A stretch of 64,000 nucleotides of DNA from Vicugna vicugna (taxonomy: Eukaryota), in the NCBI GenBank assembly GCA_013265495.1, contig MU058252.1, positions 1,460,244-1,524,243 on the forward strand, read 5' to 3'. Both the position numbers and the translations under genes were made by a program. Positions 61,940 through 64,000 of this stretch are shown here, piece after piece (within the stretch, counting starts at the first letter, position 1; each line of letters starts with the position of its first letter). The notes under the pieces are model-generated. The model ran no database searches. It was not told the origin of the DNA and was given only the letters and a program-made list of their open reading frames with translations.

Positions 61940-62484
61940 NNNNNNNNNNNNNNNNNNNNNNNNNNNNNNNNNNNNNNNNNNNNNNNNNNNNNNNNNNNNN
62001 NNNNNNNNNNNNNNNNNNNNNNNNNNNNNNNNNNNNNNNNNNNNNNNNNNNNNNNNNNNNNNNNNNNNNNNNNNNNNNNNNNNNNNNNNNNNNNNNNNNN
62101 NNNNNNNNNNNNNNNNNNNNNNNNNNNNNNNNNNNNNNNNNNNNNNNNNNNNNNNNNNNNNNNNNNNNNNNNNNNNNNNNNNNNNNNNNNNNNNNNNNNN
62201 NNNNNNNNNNNNNNNNNNNNNNNNNNNNNNNNNNNNNNNNNNNNNNNNNNNNNNNNNNNNNNNNNNNNNNNNNNNNNNNNNNNNNNNNNNNNNNNNNNNN
62301 NNNNNNNNNNNNNNNNNNNNNNNNNNNNNNNNNNNNNNNNNNNNNNNNNNNNNNNNNNNNNNNNNNNNNNNNNNNNNNNNNNNNNNNNNNNNNNNNNNNN
62401 NNNNNNNNNNNNNNNNNNNNNNNNNNNNNNNNNNNNNNNNNNNNNNNNNNNNNNNNNNNNNNNNNNNNNNNNNNNNNNNNNNNN
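61940..62484. other. Assembly gap (545 N)
   Basis: Run of N between the poly(A) tail and the (GAAA)n repeat. Confidence 1.
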
Positions 62485-62519
<35 letters not shown>

Positions 62520-62550
62520 GAAGGAAGGAAGGAAGGAAGGAAGGAAGGAA

Positions 62551-62615
<65 letters not shown>
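62485..62615 (+). repeat. (GAAA)n(GGAA)n(GAAA)n compound microsatellite
   Basis: Directly visible pure-purine tract. Confidence 0.98.
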
Positions 62616-63570
62616 TCCTCACATCGATGGAGGTGTGCCAAAGGTACACCAGAGCCAACTAAAAGCACTCCCAATGGCCAAAACGAACAATTTGAATAAT
62701 AACATAAATAAGGAGTACTGGATTATAACCCCAAGTATAAAATAAATATCCATGATCCCATAGTGATATAAGATGATTGCATTAATTAATTATTGGGGAA
62801 GAAGAAACAAATCTCCTTTGCAGAAGGGTTCCAAATAACGCACACAGCTACTTGGTTCTCAAGGTGGAGCGAGAATCCCTAGTCCTTAAGAGTGGGCTGT
62901 GCACAGCGACTTCCTCCGGAAAGGTGGGCAGAGAAGGGGAAAAGGAACTAACTTTGCAGCGGAGAAACCTGACAAACTCCCCCTCAGCCAGATGACCGAG
63001 GTCAACACCTGTCCTCCGTGGTAAGTCATGTTGACAGTGCGTTCCTTGTACGATGTAATGACAAAGACACTAACCCGTGTCCTCTTCCTCCTGAAACCCA
63101 CGACCTCAGTCTAACCGTGAGAAAATAATCAGGCAAGTTTCCATACAGGGGATTTCTACAAAATATGTGACCAGCACTCCTCAGAACCTTCAAGGTCACC
63201 CAAAATAGGGAAGTCGGTAAACTGTTAAGCTGAGAGACGCCACAGGAAGGATGACAACTGAATTCAGCCTTGTTTCCTGGGTGGATCCTGGAACAGAAAA
63301 AGGGCATTTGGGAAAACCTAATGGGAATCCAAATAAAGTGTAGATTTTAGCTAATAATAATATATTAATATTGATTTATTAAATATAACAAATACACCGT
63401 ACCAATGTTAGATGTTAATAATTGGTGAAAATGAGTGTCAAGGTGTGTGGGAAGTCTTTGTACTATCCTCTCAGTTTCTCTGTAAATGTAAAATTACTTT
63501 AAAAAATAAAGCCTACTTAAACATGTATGTAGACAAAGGTAAGTTCATGGATGAGAGGATGCTGTTTGAA

Positions 63571-63702
63571 GGGGGAGGGTTTAGCTCAGTGGTAGAGTGT
63601 GTGCTTAGCATGCACAAGGTCCTGGGTTCTTCCCCAGCCCCTCCATAAAAAATAAATAAATAAACAAACAAACCTAACTGCCTCCCCGCTCTAAACATAA
63701 AA
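63571..63702 (+). mobile_element. Vic-1-like SINE
   Basis: GGGGGAGGGTTTAGCTCAGTGGTAGAG...CCTAACTGCC. Confidence 0.9.
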
Positions 63703-64000
63703 AGATGCTACTTCAAGTGGTGATTTAGCATTTTTATCACCTTTCGAATTAAAACAAAAAATCACAATATGCTTACTAGTTCTATTAGAAAATCCCCAAA
63801 GACTAAAATATGCCATATGAATTATAGCTTCCTCATAATTTATACAGTTATTTTTAACTACTGGTGGCAAAGGAGGATCTTTGCCTCACTTAGATAAAGT
63901 ATACCTGAGTTGGGAAGCTCGTTTTTTACCGACTTAAGGCTCAAAGTTATTTTGCTCCTGCTGGTCTCCTTAAACCTCCTGTCAAGCTGAAATATATAAC

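Larger units (their letters stand above)
57600..63515 (+). mobile_element. Old L1 (L1MD-like) scaffold hosting SINEs, a younger L1 and the RPL32 retrocopy
   Basis: L1MD-like 3'UTR text runs ...GGAAACATACAAAATGAGCCTGGAG (61385-61410), resumes after the gap at ...AGCCAACTAAAAGCACTCCCAATGGCCAAAA, and ends ...TCTGTAAATGTAAAATTACTTTAAAAAATAAA. Confidence 0.7.

Noticed and set aside
61765..62674. 297-aa and 252-aa ORFs
   Set aside because: Artefacts of translating the N gap and the (TTTC)n repeat.

Overview
Mammalian genomic DNA, most likely camelid, based on about 13 copies of a tRNA-derived SINE matching the camelid Vic-1 type. The only intact protein-coding gene is XRCC2 (a RAD51 paralog) on the minus strand: three coding exons (45716-45754, 33328-33409, 24663-25384) give 843 nt = 280 aa + stop, with a CpG-island promoter at about 45.45-45.96 kb. 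The rest is mostly interspersed repeats (L1 of several ages, L2, MIR, hAT DNA transposons, LTRs), plus an RPL32 processed pseudogene beside a 545-nt assembly gap. Repeat family names are from recall of consensus sequences and were not computed. The most unusual observations are: (i) a possible heavily decayed class A GPCR-like gene at about 4.7-10.2 kb on the minus strand (speculative, needs many frameshifts); (ii) an L1 insertion flanked by a roughly 210-220 bp direct duplication; (iii) a lone L1 5' end with its own target-site duplication (TSD); (iv) an out-of-frame upstream ORF overlapping the XRCC2 start; (v) a palindromic AT-rich tract upstream of XRCC2.
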